NCBI GenBank assembly: GCA_963693365.1
Contig: CAVNZM010000001.1
Span: 14,742,418-14,806,417, forward strand
Length of the DNA stretch: 64,000 nt
Direction of reading: 5' to 3'
DNA from: Amoebidium appalachense
Lineage: Eukaryota > Protista > Ichthyosporea
Made by a program: the position numbers and the translations under genes. How positions within the stretch are numbered: position 1 is the first letter of the stretch; each line of letters opens with the position of its first letter. Below, piece after piece: positions 12,945-52,828 of the stretch. The notes under the pieces are model-generated. The model had not been told where the DNA came from, ran no database searches, and worked only from the letters and a program-made list of their open reading frames with translations.

Positions 12945-14114
12945 CTAGGCATTGTGCTTGCAGTCTTTGCGGGGGTGTGTGCCAGAGCAGAGCGGGCACA
13001 CGTGGGAGAAGGGGCGGGGCTGCTTAGCGCAGGACCGACCGTTGATGTGGAAATTCCTGCAGTGCGTCGCGGGTAGATCCACGGGTCGGGCCGGTTTTGC
13101 CGGGCCGGGTTGCGGGCCAGGGCGGTTAGGGGTTTGACCCCCGCCGGGCTTGTGGGGCGGCTTAAAGCCGTCAAGACCACAGCCGGGCTTGGGGTACATG
13201 GGGCAGGCCGCGCTGGGGTGGTCGGGGAAGCCACAGCGCTGACATGCGTCCGGGATGAGCAGAGTGGGTGGCAGGAGGAGATCCTGGTGGAGTTGGGCGA
13301 GCAGGTTGGGACACTCGATCGGAGCCCGACCCTGCTGGTGGGCAACGGTTCGGGCGTATACGTCATAGTTGTGGATCTGGGCCCACGGGTATCGGGTGCT
13401 GAGGCGAGTGATGTGCTGAGTCCAAAGTACGTCTTTGTCCGTGGGGAGGCCGAGGTGGTGCTTGGCGGCCATGTAATGGGTCCAAGCTTGGATCCAAATG
13501 ACGAGTGAACGCAGGGGAACGGGTTTGTCTTGGCGAAAAGTCTCGATGCTGCCGTCGTCGGCCATGCGCAGATGCTGACCTTTCTTGGATGGGGCCAGGA
13601 GGGCGGCGGGGGTGAACTTATACAGGTCGACGAAACGATTGGCGCGCAAATCTGCCAGCACATCCGCGGGGGGAAGCGGGAGTGTGCCCGGCTGAATGTC
13701 GCCAGTGTTCTCACCTGTGATGGGGGGCGCGGGCAGGGCAGGTAGGTCTAGGTCAGGGCTGAGATGCAGCCCCGGGGAAACCTCCCCGGGTGCGGAGGGC
13801 GCGGCGGGGGGTGCGGGAGGGTCGCGGTTGGTGAGAGCAGCCAGGACGCCAGCCATCTGGGTGCTGATGGCGGTGAGGGCGGCAAGGACGGCGTCTTGAG
13901 AAGTCATCTGCGGGGACGGCGGGGCCTGAGGGGGGACTTCAGGAGTGGAGGGGAGAGTAGCCGGCGGGTCCGGGTCCGTGGTGGTATGGGCCGCTGGAGG
14001 CGCGTCAGTGTCCGCGGGAGCGTTGGTCAGCCTGTGGCGGAGGTCGCTGCGGGTCAGGCGCTTAGGTGCCGCGGCAGGGGCGGGGGCTGAGGCCTGGCGC
14101 TTTTTCGGCGGCAT
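12945..14114 (-). CDS. DIRS-type gag-like ORF1, 389 aa
   Basis: ATG-to-stop ORF with Pro/Ala-rich N-terminus, W..AW..Y and 'YPWAQIHNYDVYAR' core, CCHC knuckle CQRCGFPDHPSAAC, and C-terminal CRNF..C..F.H.C..C..H...C zinc region. Confidence 0.85.
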   Translation of the reverse strand: MPPKKRQASAPAPAAAPKRLTRSDLRHRLTNAPADTDAPPAAHTTTDPDPPATLPSTPEVPPQAPPSPQMTSQDAVLAALTAISTQMAGVLAALTNRDPPAPPAAPSAPGEVSPGLHLSPDLDLPALPAPPITGENTGDIQPGTLPLPPADVLADLRANRFVDLYKFTPAALLAPSKKGQHLRMADDGSIETFRQDKPVPLRSLVIWIQAWTHYMAAKHHLGLPTDKDVLWTQHITRLSTRYPWAQIHNYDVYARTVAHQQGRAPIECPNLLAQLHQDLLLPPTLLIPDACQRCGFPDHPSAACPMYPKPGCGLDGFKPPHKPGGGQTPNRPGPQPGPAKPARPVDLPATHCRNFHINGRSCAKQPRPFSHVCPLCSGTHPRKDCKHNA

Positions 14115-14231
14115 GCTGACCGGCGTAGGGAAAGATAGGGAGAATGAAAAGAAAATATAGCTGTAAAGCTGTAGGTGCTAAACACAGAAGATGTGTTTGT
14201 TGCTTGCTGATCTGCTAAAAAACTGTCGTGC

Positions 14232-14338
14232 TTATATACCTAAGGCTACCGAACTGAACCAATCAAAATCGATCTAGTGTTATGTGGAATCTGATCCTGA
14301 GCCAATCAAACTTGGTCTAGTGATCTGTGGAATCTGAT
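14232..14338 (-). promoter_or_regulatory. Putative element promoter: TATA box plus two 43-bp-period repeats, each with a CCAAT box
   Basis: tatataa on the - strand (14232-14238), ~120 bp upstream of the gag ATG. ccaatcaaa..tctagtg..tgtggaatctgat occurs at 14259-14295 and 14302-14338. Confidence 0.55.
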
Positions 14339-14794
14339 GTTTGATCGGCTAATAGGTGCCCGTATGTGGGCCGCCGAACGCGAACTGCTAAAACATGAAA
14401 CGAAGCCTGTTGATATTGGACACCCATCCTACGTGTTTACCCAGAAAAATATTTATGTCAATAATTTCCACAAATAAAAACCATGCCAGATGCACTGCAA
14501 TCTTTCGTAATATTTATATGTGTGACTTCCACAGATAGCTGCAATGGCTGCGGCAGAATACAGCAGCCGGACGCCCCCAAACCCAGTTGCACAAGTTGAT
14601 GGAAAGTCAGTACCAATACTGCAGCTGCAGCCTGATGCCTTCTGTACTATGCATAGTACGTCTGACAGCACCCCATCGAATTTGACCCTCACCTCCCAAC
14701 CGCCCTCTCCCCCCCTCCCCCTCCCCCCACCTTCGAAAAGTTCGGCCTCATCCCCCCCTCCTCCCCAGTTGCTTTTCTCCCCAACCTGCATCCA

Positions 14795-14841
<47 letters not shown>

Positions 14842-14994
14842 ACCACCACCACCACCACCACCACCACCACCGCCACCACACACACACACACACACACCCC
14901 ACCCTCCTTTCTCCCCCAAGTTGCATCCCCTTATCCAGGACCTCCACACCCCGTCACCACAAATACACATTTACTTTGCACAAAAGCCAGGTGA

Positions 14995-15218
14995 CCCTCC
15001 ACCGGTGAGGCTGGGGTGTAAAGCCTGGGCGGCGTATACTAGTAGTTAGGATTGGTAACGCCGTGTTAGCTTAATTAGCTGATTGCACCTTCAACCTTCA
15101 ACACCCTAACTAGGGTACAGTACGGTAGGCAGTACGGTGCTGTGTGGAAGTCGGTAATTCCTATGAGGTCCCCAGGGGGTTCCCTCCGGGAGCAAACCGC
15201 GAAAAAAAAAAAACCAAA
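14995..15218 (+). mobile_element. SINE-like poly(A)-tailed retroposon, copy 1
   Basis: Homologous to the reverse complement of 22893-23092. A-tail at ~15202-15218. Degenerate TSD aaaagccaggtga / aaaagcctggtaa. Confidence 0.6.
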
Positions 15219-16371
15219 AAAAGCCTGGTAAAACTCCAGGCTCAACCATTTCGTTTAAGAAAGAAGAAAGGAAATTTCAGTACAAAGTCTTCTTGATGCA
15301 AAGAAGTACTGACACCTTCCTTTGCCATTCCCCCCCCCCCCCCCCCCCCCCCCCCCAGCAGAGCCCGAAAGTTGCTAACAAATGTGCCCTGTTTCATGAT
15401 TGCAATTGTTATAAATTTATCAACCCCCTTCCCCCCCCCCTCCTCCCTATCCCCCCCCCCCCCCCCCCCCCCTCCCCCCCCTCCACCCCGCCCCACGGCA
15501 GCCGCCTCCCACCTCTACCCTCCATATACCCACACAATTGTTGTACATTGTCGATTACTAACCCCTAGTACTCATGTGCCCCTCTACTCCCTCCGATTTC
15601 CGGGCCCTTCCCACCATTTTTACAGCCTCTAAAAGCAAACAAAAAATGTGCTTTTGCCCATACTTCAACCTCTCTTCTTCCACCCCGACCCCTGTCGCTC
15701 TTCTCCACCAACACTGCCATTTCTCCGCACCTCGCCCATGCAAGTTCGTCTGGGCAGGTTTTCAGGGTCAGATTGTATTCCCTTTTCCTTTCTCCCCCTC
15801 CCCCATACCCCCCCCCCCCCCCCCCCCCCCCGGCCCCTCACCCCCTACCCCTCCGCCCTCATCTTCCCGGATCATTCTCCCCCCGTCCCCCCCCTCCCCT
15901 CCCCTCCCCTCCCCCCACACACACCCACACACCCACCTCCTCCTGCCCCCGAGCGGCCCCTCCACCCTCATCTTCGGATCCCGCCTCCCTCTCCCTCCCG
16001 CCTCCCCCCCCCCCCACCACCACCACCACCACCACCCACCCACCCACCCACCCACAAAAAAAGAATAAAAATAACACACACGCGCGCGCGCGCGCGCCAG
16101 CCGCTATTGATGCCACTTTATCCTCACCCATATATATGACCACGTGACTTGCCCTGCAAACACGACCTACATTTTGCAACTTCCATATTTGGGCGTCTCA
16201 AGCAGGCACGGTCGGACGACCAACCCACGGCCTGTGTTTTGGATTTAAAGAACAATTTCCTGTATCTCGCTGGCAGGCTAGGCTCGAAAAATTAGAGCAC
16301 AATGCGGCATAATATTGATAATGTCCCCTCTCCCATCCCGTTCTAACCCTTTCCCCCCCCCCCCTCCCCCC

Positions 16372-16426
<55 letters not shown>

Positions 16427-17383
16427 CCCCCCCCCCCCCCCCCCCCCCCCTCCCCCTCCCTGGCCTCCCCTCTGTCCTCCTCTCGCGTATACCATCCAAA
16501 AGGGTTCTTCATTCGATTAGACCTTCTGTTGACCGTGTGCTATCCCACGCAAATAAGCAGCCCCCCTACCCCCCCCCTCCCCCTACCCCTCCTTCCTCTC
16601 CCCCCGCTTCCCCCCTGGGCCCACACACTTGCTCACACATGCTCTCCCTTCCCCGGCCCTTCCCCTCCTAACCTTCCTCCACCCCGTTGACAGTGCCATC
16701 ACCATAATGAGTCCCACCCCTTTTCCCCCACCCACCAAACTTCCGAAGATTTACAGCCTTGTCCCACAATTGAAAACCACAAGTTCCTCTCTAACAGAAT
16801 AGTATGTCTCAAGCAGGTACAGGTGGGGCACCAACATAAGGTGTACATGAGTGCAGCTTCTGCACACATGTGTCGCCATCTTGTGGCCTGTATCGGCAGG
16901 CTGGCAGGCTAGGTGCGATAAAACTGTCGCCCCTAAAACCGAATGCAGAAGACAATGAACCCAAAAACTGCTACAGGCTTACCAGTCGGAAGGAATGGTG
17001 CCCTTCCCCCGTCAACTGGTATCCGTTTGTATGAATACCAGACGGTGTGTGTTGCAAGAATTGTGTCACCCGATTCCTTGTGTTCTCTGTGATTTTGACT
17101 ATTTTGTATTGCCGTCTCGGTAGGGAGAGAAAGAGGTTTGTGTGCCATGCTCCGTTTTTTTAAAAATTTTGTGTGTGTGCATGGGGACTTAGCCATTTCG
17201 TGCACATGCCCAACCAAGAAGCGGAAAAGGTTTATTCCAAAAAATCCCCTGCGCAAATTTAAAAGTGAAACAAGTACATCGCGTTGATAGCACCATAAGC
17301 ATCTCGTAGGCAACAACGCCTGACTCAGCTGCTAACAGCTTGCCAAGAGTTAAAGGCTGTGATAAACGAGTGGCCGTTACGGT

Positions 17384-17415
<32 letters not shown>

Positions 17416-19884
17416 ATCAAAGCCCCTCCCCCCCCCCCCCCCTCCCCCCTCCCCCCCTCCCCCCCCCCCCCCCCCCCCACCCCAATAAAAAAAACCCAAC
17501 CCCGATGCTCTCTTCAGTACACCGTTTCTATCCCACGCACATTGCACCCTTCTTCCCCTGACCCATGGGTCCATCGCAAGGGTTTAACAGCATCACAATA
17601 TCAAACAGAGGCTGCAGTTAGTCACCAGCAACTGAAATGTCATAATTTATCCCACCAACACATCAAGGATCGACGACATGCATACTTGGACGGTCCGAGT
17701 CCGAAGCTTCTTTTCATTATCATCGAGACTCTTCGCCTGTATCTTGTAATGGTTGGCAGGCAGGGTACCTAGTATACAAGATGGCAAAAAAGATGTGGTT
17801 GTAAACAATTTAGCTCGGTTAGCTTCTGACGCTGCATTTCTTTGGATGAATAAACAATATGATAGTCCCCCCCCCCCCCCCCCCTCCCTCCCTCCCTCCA
17901 CCCTCTCCCCCCCCCCCCCCCCCCTCCCCCCCCCCCCCCCCCCCAAAAAAGCCCTCCTTTATGAATTTCACAATGATTCAAGCCTATGCCCATCCCCCTA
18001 GTACACCCACCCATTCAATCGCTTAAACTACAGATTTGTCCCACAATCAGCAACCATAAAATCTTACCAACACCGTTCTCTGCCGTAGCAGGTGCAGTTG
18101 GGTGACCAGCTCACAGAACATGCAGTTTTTCTGCAGTCGCTTTAGCCAAACCTGAGGGTCGGAGAGATATGGTCACCCCACAACTACATGCTGAAGACCC
18201 AACTACAGAGCCAGACAAAAAGGGCTTTAAAGTTATCGCCCAGTCACCTCTCAGATGTAAGCTCCGCTAAATTCGCCTGCATAACTCCTGGTGGCCTGAT
18301 GGTGTTCTAGTTCACTGTGGCATGCTATTCTAAATTAAATCCCGAAACACAGTTTTCCGTGCAGGATACGAAATGGATGTGTGCCCACCCAGTACTTAGA
18401 CAGATCGTTCCTCATTCATATCTTAAAGTCTGTGGCCCTTAGAAAATGAAAAAGTGGAAAGTATTCCGGTTGTGTACAGTGAGCACTCCTGACTATCATA
18501 CTGTAGATACCATGGTATGTTGAATGAATGAACATCGGGATAACAACCCCCCTCCCCCTCCCCCCCCTCCCCCCCCCCCCCCCCCCCCCTTTACCCCCCC
18601 GCCCCCCACTCTTTCGAACTGAGTCTCATCTTCACAGGCTGAGCACAACGTGCAAGCAGAAGCTGCAGCAGCCCCACCACACGTGCCACTGCCCTCACTG
18701 CCCTCAACAAAACAAGCTTGCCTGACCCTGCTTTCCGAATCGTGCAAAAGCACCAGCGCTCCCCCCCCCCCCCCCCCCAATCTCCTACACTGTATGATTA
18801 TGTAATCAACCCCCTCCCCCCCCCCCCCCCCCCCCCCCACCTGCTTGCAAGATTTTGATCCTGTAGTATTTAATCGACACAGAACACTTCCCATCAGGAG
18901 ATTTCGGAGCTTAGACAGCTCACTAGGTTTCAAAAAGGATATCATGTAAAAAGCACAAGCTCGAGCAAGATATATTTATGGTTTCTAAGTACTATCTTAC
19001 ATACTTTCGGCCTGCCCGTTGTCCTTAAGCAAGTTCTCTGTAAACCCTCCATCTGATTCAACGACCATCCCTGAGTCCGCTCCAGCTTTCACTGTCTCCC
19101 CCCCCCCCCCTCCCCCCACCCCCCTCCCCAAGAAAAAAAAACAGTTTCTGTCTCACCCCAGAAAACTGTTACCGCTATTAGAAACGTTTAGCCTAGCGGA
19201 ACCCAATGGGTCAAGTCAATTTCCTTACGCTGCCCTGAAACTAAATATGGTAAATGGGCAACATGCACACGAAGGGACGTTTTTCCATTACATTCCCTCA
19301 AAAGTAATTTATACAAATGAATCAGTTATTCGTTTGGCACAAAGCCAGGCGAAACACCCGGTCAATACGCAAACAGGGAATGTTTTATTGCTTTTTTTTA
19401 CAGCAATAACCACCTGGAGCAAAACAGACGATTGACCCTCCCCCCCCCCCACCCCCCCCCCCCCCCCACCCCCACCCCCCTTCACGTGCGTCCTACCCCC
19501 TTCCCGAGGTCCCCCCCCCCTCTCCAGGTCCCTCAACACTCCATGCACGAGTAGTACCGTACGGTGCGCGAGCACGTGACTCTGAGTCAGGAACACGCCC
19601 AACCTGTTGACCACATAGCCCCCTTTGGCCTCTAAAATACCGGCACAAACATACAAAGATTTCTGCAACAGCCCCAGGCCATTCCCATCATCCCCCCTTC
19701 CCCTTGCCCCGCCCACTCTCTCCCGGCCCTCTGCCATCCCCACTTCCCCCCCAACCCCCTCCCCCCTTCCCCCCAACCCTTCCCCCCCCCCCCCACACAC
19801 ACACACTACCACCACACACACACACAAATACACGTACACACGCCCACACTCACCCACCTCTCCCAGCCGCCAGCGCTAGATAGA

Positions 19885-20539
19885 GCCAACACCCTACTCC
19901 CACTCCTATTACCCTCACCAAACCAACGTCTAAAACCTACTGATATATCCCACAATTACAAGTCACAAATAAAGTTTCGGCATACCTGTCGGTCAAACGC
20001 AGGTACATTTGGGTGACCAACTGTCAGCATGCGCACATGCAATTGTTGCAGAGTAATAACAATTGCAGATCTTCTGTGAAGGACGGGTCCAGAAATTATG
20101 GTCGCCCCAAAACAATATGCTAAATCCTTACTAAACAGTCGGTTGTTTGCTCGCAACGAGTGGGAAGAAGTGCTGCGAGCTTGAGGTTTACCCTAATTAC
20201 CCTAATTGCTCCTGGTGGTTTCAATATGTGTATTCTTTGTGGCATGCTGGTGTGATGAGGTGCCGGCACTGGGCCAAGGCCAACAGCATTTGTACACAAC
20301 ATGTGAAGGCGCATAGCCAAGATTACAGCGATAATATCGAAAACATAGGTTTACATGCAGGGGTTTACATGAGTATGTGCACGTGGCCTACCAGAGATTG
20401 CCCTCTTCCGTGCTCTTCTTTGAAGAATCCAGTTTCGATTGAATAAGTGCTGTAAGCGCCTCATCTAGAAAGTAAGCCTGGTAGCTCCTGATTATGGTCC
20501 CAAATCAATGAAAGAACAATATTGAATCATCCCCCCCAC

Positions 20540-20576
<37 letters not shown>

Positions 20577-20981
20577 CACACACACACCCACACCCACCCA
20601 GACACTAGGTAATACCCCTCCTGTCGGCCGTGTAAAACTACTCAAGACGCTTACGCATGCCCCCCTCCATTCCCCCAACCCCGCTCTCCCCAGTGATCAC
20701 CACCACCATGATCCCCCCCCCTCCCCCCCCCTCTCCCCCGCCTCTCTTTCCAGGTACCTTCCAACTCTTGACCAGCACTCCGTGCAGAGGTAGTACCACG
20801 TAGTACATAGTCACGTGACTAAGGAACCTAATCAAAGCTGTTGCTCACATAGTCCACCTTGGCCTCTGCAATACCGGCACAAACATAAAGGGATTTTTGC
20901 AACAGCATTTCTTAAGGCTTCCTCCCCTCCCCCCTCCCCCCTCCCCCTTCCCCCTCCTCCTGCCCTCTCCCATCTCCCCCA

Positions 20982-21025
<44 letters not shown>

Positions 21026-21930
21026 ACGACCCAATGGGCCACCCTACTCCCACTACTGGTGTCCCCGCCCTTCAATGTCGAAGATTCACAGAATCGTTCC
21101 ACAATCATCAACTATCTCCAATAGATGCGACTGTCAGTGTAAAGCAGGTGCATTTGGGTGGCCAACTCTCAGCACATGCAGTTGTTTGCAACACAGCTTG
21201 GTCAAGTTTGGTCTGTATTTGGCTGGCAGGCTGAAATCAGACAACTGGTCACCCCAAAAATATGCCAACACCCTACTCCCACTCCTATTACCCTCACCAA
21301 ACCAACGTCTAAAACCTACTGATATATCCCACAATTACAAGTCACAAATAAAGTCTCGGCATACCTGTCGGTCAAACGCAGGTACATTTGGGTGACCAAC
21401 TGTCAGCATGCGCACATGCAATTGTTGCAGAGTAATAACAATTGCAGATCTTCTGTGAAGGACGGGTCCAGAAATTATGGTCGCCCCAAAACAATATGCT
21501 AAATCCTTACTAAACAGTCGGTTGTTTGCTCGCAACGAGTGGGAAGAAGTGCTGCGAGCTTGAGGTTTACCCTAATTACCCTAATTGCTCCTGGTGGTTT
21601 CAATATGTGTATTCTTTGTGGCATGCTGGTGTGATGAGGTGCCGGCACTGGGCCAAGGCCAACAGCATTTGTACACAACATGTGAAGGCGCATAGCCAAG
21701 ATTACAGCGATAATATCGAAAACATAGGTTTACATGCAGGGGTTTACATGAGTATGTGCACGTGGCCTACCAGAGATTGCCCTCTTCCGTGCTCTTCTTT
21801 GAAGAATCCAGTTTCGATTGAATAAGTGCTGTAAGCGCCTCATATAGAAAGTAAGCCTGGTAGCTCCTGATTATGGTCCCAAATCAATGAAAGAACAAAA
21901 TTGAATCATCCCCCCCCCACTCCCCCACCC

Positions 21931-21961
<31 letters not shown>

Positions 21962-22376
21962 ACCCCCCCCCCACACACACACACCCACACCCACCCAGAC
22001 ACTAGGTAATACCCCTCCTGTCGGCCGTGTAAAACTACTCAAGACGCTTACGCATGCCCCCCTCCATTCCCCCAACCCCGCTCTCCCCAGTGATCACCAC
22101 CACCATGATCCCCCCCTCCCCCCCCCTCTCCCCCGCCTCTCTTTCCAGGTACCTTCCAACTCTTGACCAGCACTCCGTGCAGAGGTAGTACCACGTAGTA
22201 CATAGTCACGTGACTAAGGAACCTAATCAAAGCTGTTGCTCACATAGTCCACCTTGGCCTCTGCAATACCGGCACAAACATAAAGGGATTTTTGCAACAG
22301 CATTTCTTAAGGCTTCCTCCCCTCCCCCCTCCCCCCTCCCCCTTCCCCCTCCTCCTGCCCTCTCCCATCTCCCCCA

Positions 22377-22408
<32 letters not shown>

Positions 22409-22648
22409 ACGACCCAATGGGCCACCCTACTCCCACTACTGGTGTCCCCGCCCTTCAATGTCGAAGATTCACAGAATCGTTCCACAATCATCAACTATCT
22501 CCAATAGATGCGACTGTCAGTGTAAAGCAGGTGCATTTGGGTGGCCAACTCTCAGCACATGCAGTTGTTTGCAACACAGCTTGGTCAAGTTTGGTCTGTA
22601 TTTGGCTGGCAGGCTGAAATCAGACAACTGGTCACCCCAAAAATATGC
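19885..22648. repeat. Recent near-perfect tandem duplication, units 19885-21265 and 21264-22648
   Basis: Duplicate ORFs at offset 1379. The copies differ by a few SNPs and poly-C lengths, with a 2-bp 'gc' overlap at the junction. Confidence 0.93.
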
Positions 22649-22892
22649 TTAATCAAACGACAAATATTAAAAACTCCAACCTAAGTCTCAGAGGACTACA
22701 TGACGGAAAGGTGCTCACTCTCCATCCTGCCCAATCAATCTTATCTTGTTGAACGAATACATGTAACTTAAGAACTGCTGCAAGGCTCACCCCGTTTACT
22801 CCTTGCGGTGTCAAGCTGTGTAATCCCTGTGGCATGCTGTCTTTTTTGGGGGGTCTCATCGGTATTTTTTATTACGTCGACATACATGTGAA

Positions 22893-23092
22893 TTTTTTTT
22901 TATTTTATCACGTTTTGTTCCCGGAGGGATTTTCAGGCCCTCTAGGGAAACTACCGTCTACCACACAAGCACCGGCAGTACACTAGTTAAGGTGCAGTAT
23001 CTACGAGTCTCAGCTAAGCTAAACCATCCTTCACAACCTAACTATAAGTGCACACTTTGCCCAGGGCTACTACCCCAGCCACGCCGGCAGGA
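22893..23092 (-). mobile_element. SINE-like poly(A)-tailed retroposon, copy 2
   Basis: T-tract at 22893-22906 and perfect 14-bp TSD gacatacatgtgaa (22879-22892, 23093-23106). The homologous array unit has an uninterrupted site (acaacatgtgaaggcg, ~20296). Confidence 0.75.
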
Positions 23093-23264
23093 GACATACA
23101 TGTGAAGGTGTGATGAGTTACACAACGAGGCATAAAATTTGTAGAATTGCTTGCATTGTGTTTTTCTGTTTGATGTTGTGGAAGTTGAACTCCCGGGAGG
23201 GGAGAGGGGGGAGAAAAGGGGGGGGAGGAGGGGGAAGGGGGAGAGAAAAAATGGGAGGAGGGAG

Positions 23265-23295
<31 letters not shown>

Positions 23296-23604
23296 ATGCT
23301 TCCTTACGGCAATGATATCCGAAAACAGGTTTGCATGCAGGGGTTTATTGCATTTGTCCACAATTAGTAAAGACTGCATTATTCCGTGCCCAACCAAGGA
23401 GAAACCGATGAAAGTCGTCTTTGAAGAATTTGATGCTGAAAACCTGTCCGTGCTCTTTTTTTATTATAAGTAATCCGTTTTGCGTTTCACCGATGAGGCC
23501 CCGGTAAGCGTTTCATAGAAAGCAAGCGTGGTAGCTCCTGATAGTGTTTTACAGTGGAAAAAACGAAATCGGTATCTCCCCCCCCCCCCCCCCCCCCCCC
23601 CCCT

Positions 23605-23636
<32 letters not shown>

Positions 23637-25018
23637 CCCTCCCCCACTCTAGGTATTACCCCTTCTGTCGACATGTAAAACTACCCAAGACACATGCACA
23701 AGCCCCCTCGCCCCCCACTTCCTTCCTTTCCTCCCCCTCCCCCCCCCCCCCCCCCCCCCCCCCTCTCCCCCCCCCCCCCCCCTCTCCCCACACACACACA
23801 CATACATACCACCACCACCATCCCCCCCCCCCCCCCCCCCCCCCCACCTCCCCCCCCTTCCCCACACCCCGCCTCCCTCTCCAGGTAACTCACCAGCATT
23901 GCATGGAGGGGTAGTACCACATGGTACACATGCACACTACACAAGAACCTTCTCAACCTGTTGATCACAATGTTATAGTCCCCCTTCCGGCACAAAAATA
24001 GAGATTTCTGCAACAGCACCCGAAAGCTTCCTCCCCTCCTTCTCCCTCCCTCCCCCCCCCCCCCCCTCCCCCCCCCCCCCCCCCTTCCCCCCCCCCCCCC
24101 CCCCCCCCCCCCGGCCCTCTCACATCGGCACTTCCCCACCGGTACCCCCCACTCACCCACTTCCCCACCACCATACTCCCACTCCTAGTATCCCCACCCA
24201 TTCGATTTCTAACATGAGACTTGCATACAAAATTTCCTCACAATCACCAACTAAAAATCCCCCACAGGCATAACTATCAGTCCAAAGCAATTACCGTTGG
24301 GTGACAGACTGAGCACGTGCAATTCGTTGCACACATGCACTGAGAAATTCTTCGTGCCTGTACTTTGCTGGCAGGGGTTAAATATTTGGTCGCCCCAAAA
24401 CCATATGCTGAAAAAAATGAATCCTGGTTGTTTGAGGGGTCTGACCCGCAAGTTGCATACTGTGATTTGCATATATTTGCATATACTTACATGTTGCTGG
24501 TGACCCCTCGCTTGAAGCCGGGTATTTACTGTAACAGACTGTCCTTACTCCGGGAGTAACCATCGGTGCTGTTCATTATTTACATGCACGTCAGGCTGTG
24601 ACTAGGTGTCGGTACCAAGGCCAGCAAGACTGTCCACTTTCACCCAACGGGGCATACATGCAGCTAGATTACGGCAAATTGAAGGTGATCTCGAGGTGTC
24701 ATGCAGGGTATTACATGTATATAATAAAAAGACAACCAATCAGAATAATTGATGAAAACACAAGCGAGGATTTCATGATAGTTCGGTGGTTCCTGTATTT
24801 CCACATCAACCCACCGCATACAGCGACGATGAAACAGCCAAATGAAGCTGCAAGGAAATAAACTACAATGCCGAAATTTAATTGGGGGTGGATATATTGG
24901 CACTTTTGCACTGATGGAGCGGGTCAGGTATCGCCCCAGCTCGGCGACAGGCTGTATTGTTCACCCAATACTTAAAACACTACCTGTGTGTATCCGTAAC
25001 ACGGGAGCCTCAGTAAGT

Positions 25019-25058
<40 letters not shown>

Positions 25059-25390
25059 AAGCTAGGTTGGGATTGGGGGTTGAGACATAGTGTTGGGGGC
25101 TGGGGAGCGGTTTTCTTTTTGAATCTCAATCAATTTATTTTCACTCAGCATTGGACTTTGGTGTGATGCAATATTCCAACCATGTACGTGCACAGCACGT
25201 TCATTATCAGCACGCCACCTACTACATTTTGTCATCAGATCCACATAGACTATCTATACATGTTGGGTCTCCGCTTACCTAATAGTTGGAGATAACCCCC
25301 CCCCCCCCCCCCCCCCCCCCCCACCACACACACACACACACTCACACATGCAACCCGACACACTTGAACGCGAACAACCCCGAAACTATC

Positions 25391-52816
<27,426 letters not shown>

Positions 52817-52828
52817 GTTGTCTTAACT

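Larger units (their letters stand above)
11059..14481 (-). mobile_element. DIRS-order (Ngaro/DIRS-like) retrotransposon, 3'-truncated within RNase H, no tyrosine recombinase present
   Basis: Intronless gag ORF followed by an RT/RNase H ORF with DIRS-type motifs. Flanked by an identical 39-bp direct repeat (11020-11058 and 14482-14520). Confidence 0.88.
11020..14520. repeat. 39-bp perfect direct repeat flanking the DIRS fragment (copies 11020-11058 and 14482-14520)
   Basis: catgccagatgcactgcaatctttcgtaatatttatatg occurs at both positions. Confidence 0.95.
10800..24900. repeat. Degenerate tandem array of a complex ~1.2-1.5-kb unit (interrupted by the DIRS and SINE insertions)
   Basis: A recurrent module (cacaat..gcagg..ttgggtg.ccaac..atgca..ggtc.ccccaaaa..atatgc) appears near 10925, 16200, 16760, 18040, 19950, 21100, 21330, 22480 and 24240. 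Other modules also recur (aagcctggtagctcctgat, ctaggta.tacccc, ggtagtaccac). Confidence 0.7.

Noticed and set aside
12902-13714. 270-aa ORF overlapping gag as a possible tyrosine recombinase
   Set aside because: No R-H-R-Y motifs; a shadow frame of GC-rich gag.
15160-15205. Possible hammerhead ribozyme in the SINE-like element
   Set aside because: The CUGAUGA core is absent (ctatgag) and is not conserved in the second copy.
16100-24900. Array considered as CRISPR-like or as an intact gene cluster
   Set aside because: Units are kb-scale and degenerate with no short constant repeat/unique spacer pattern, and reading frames are not conserved between units.
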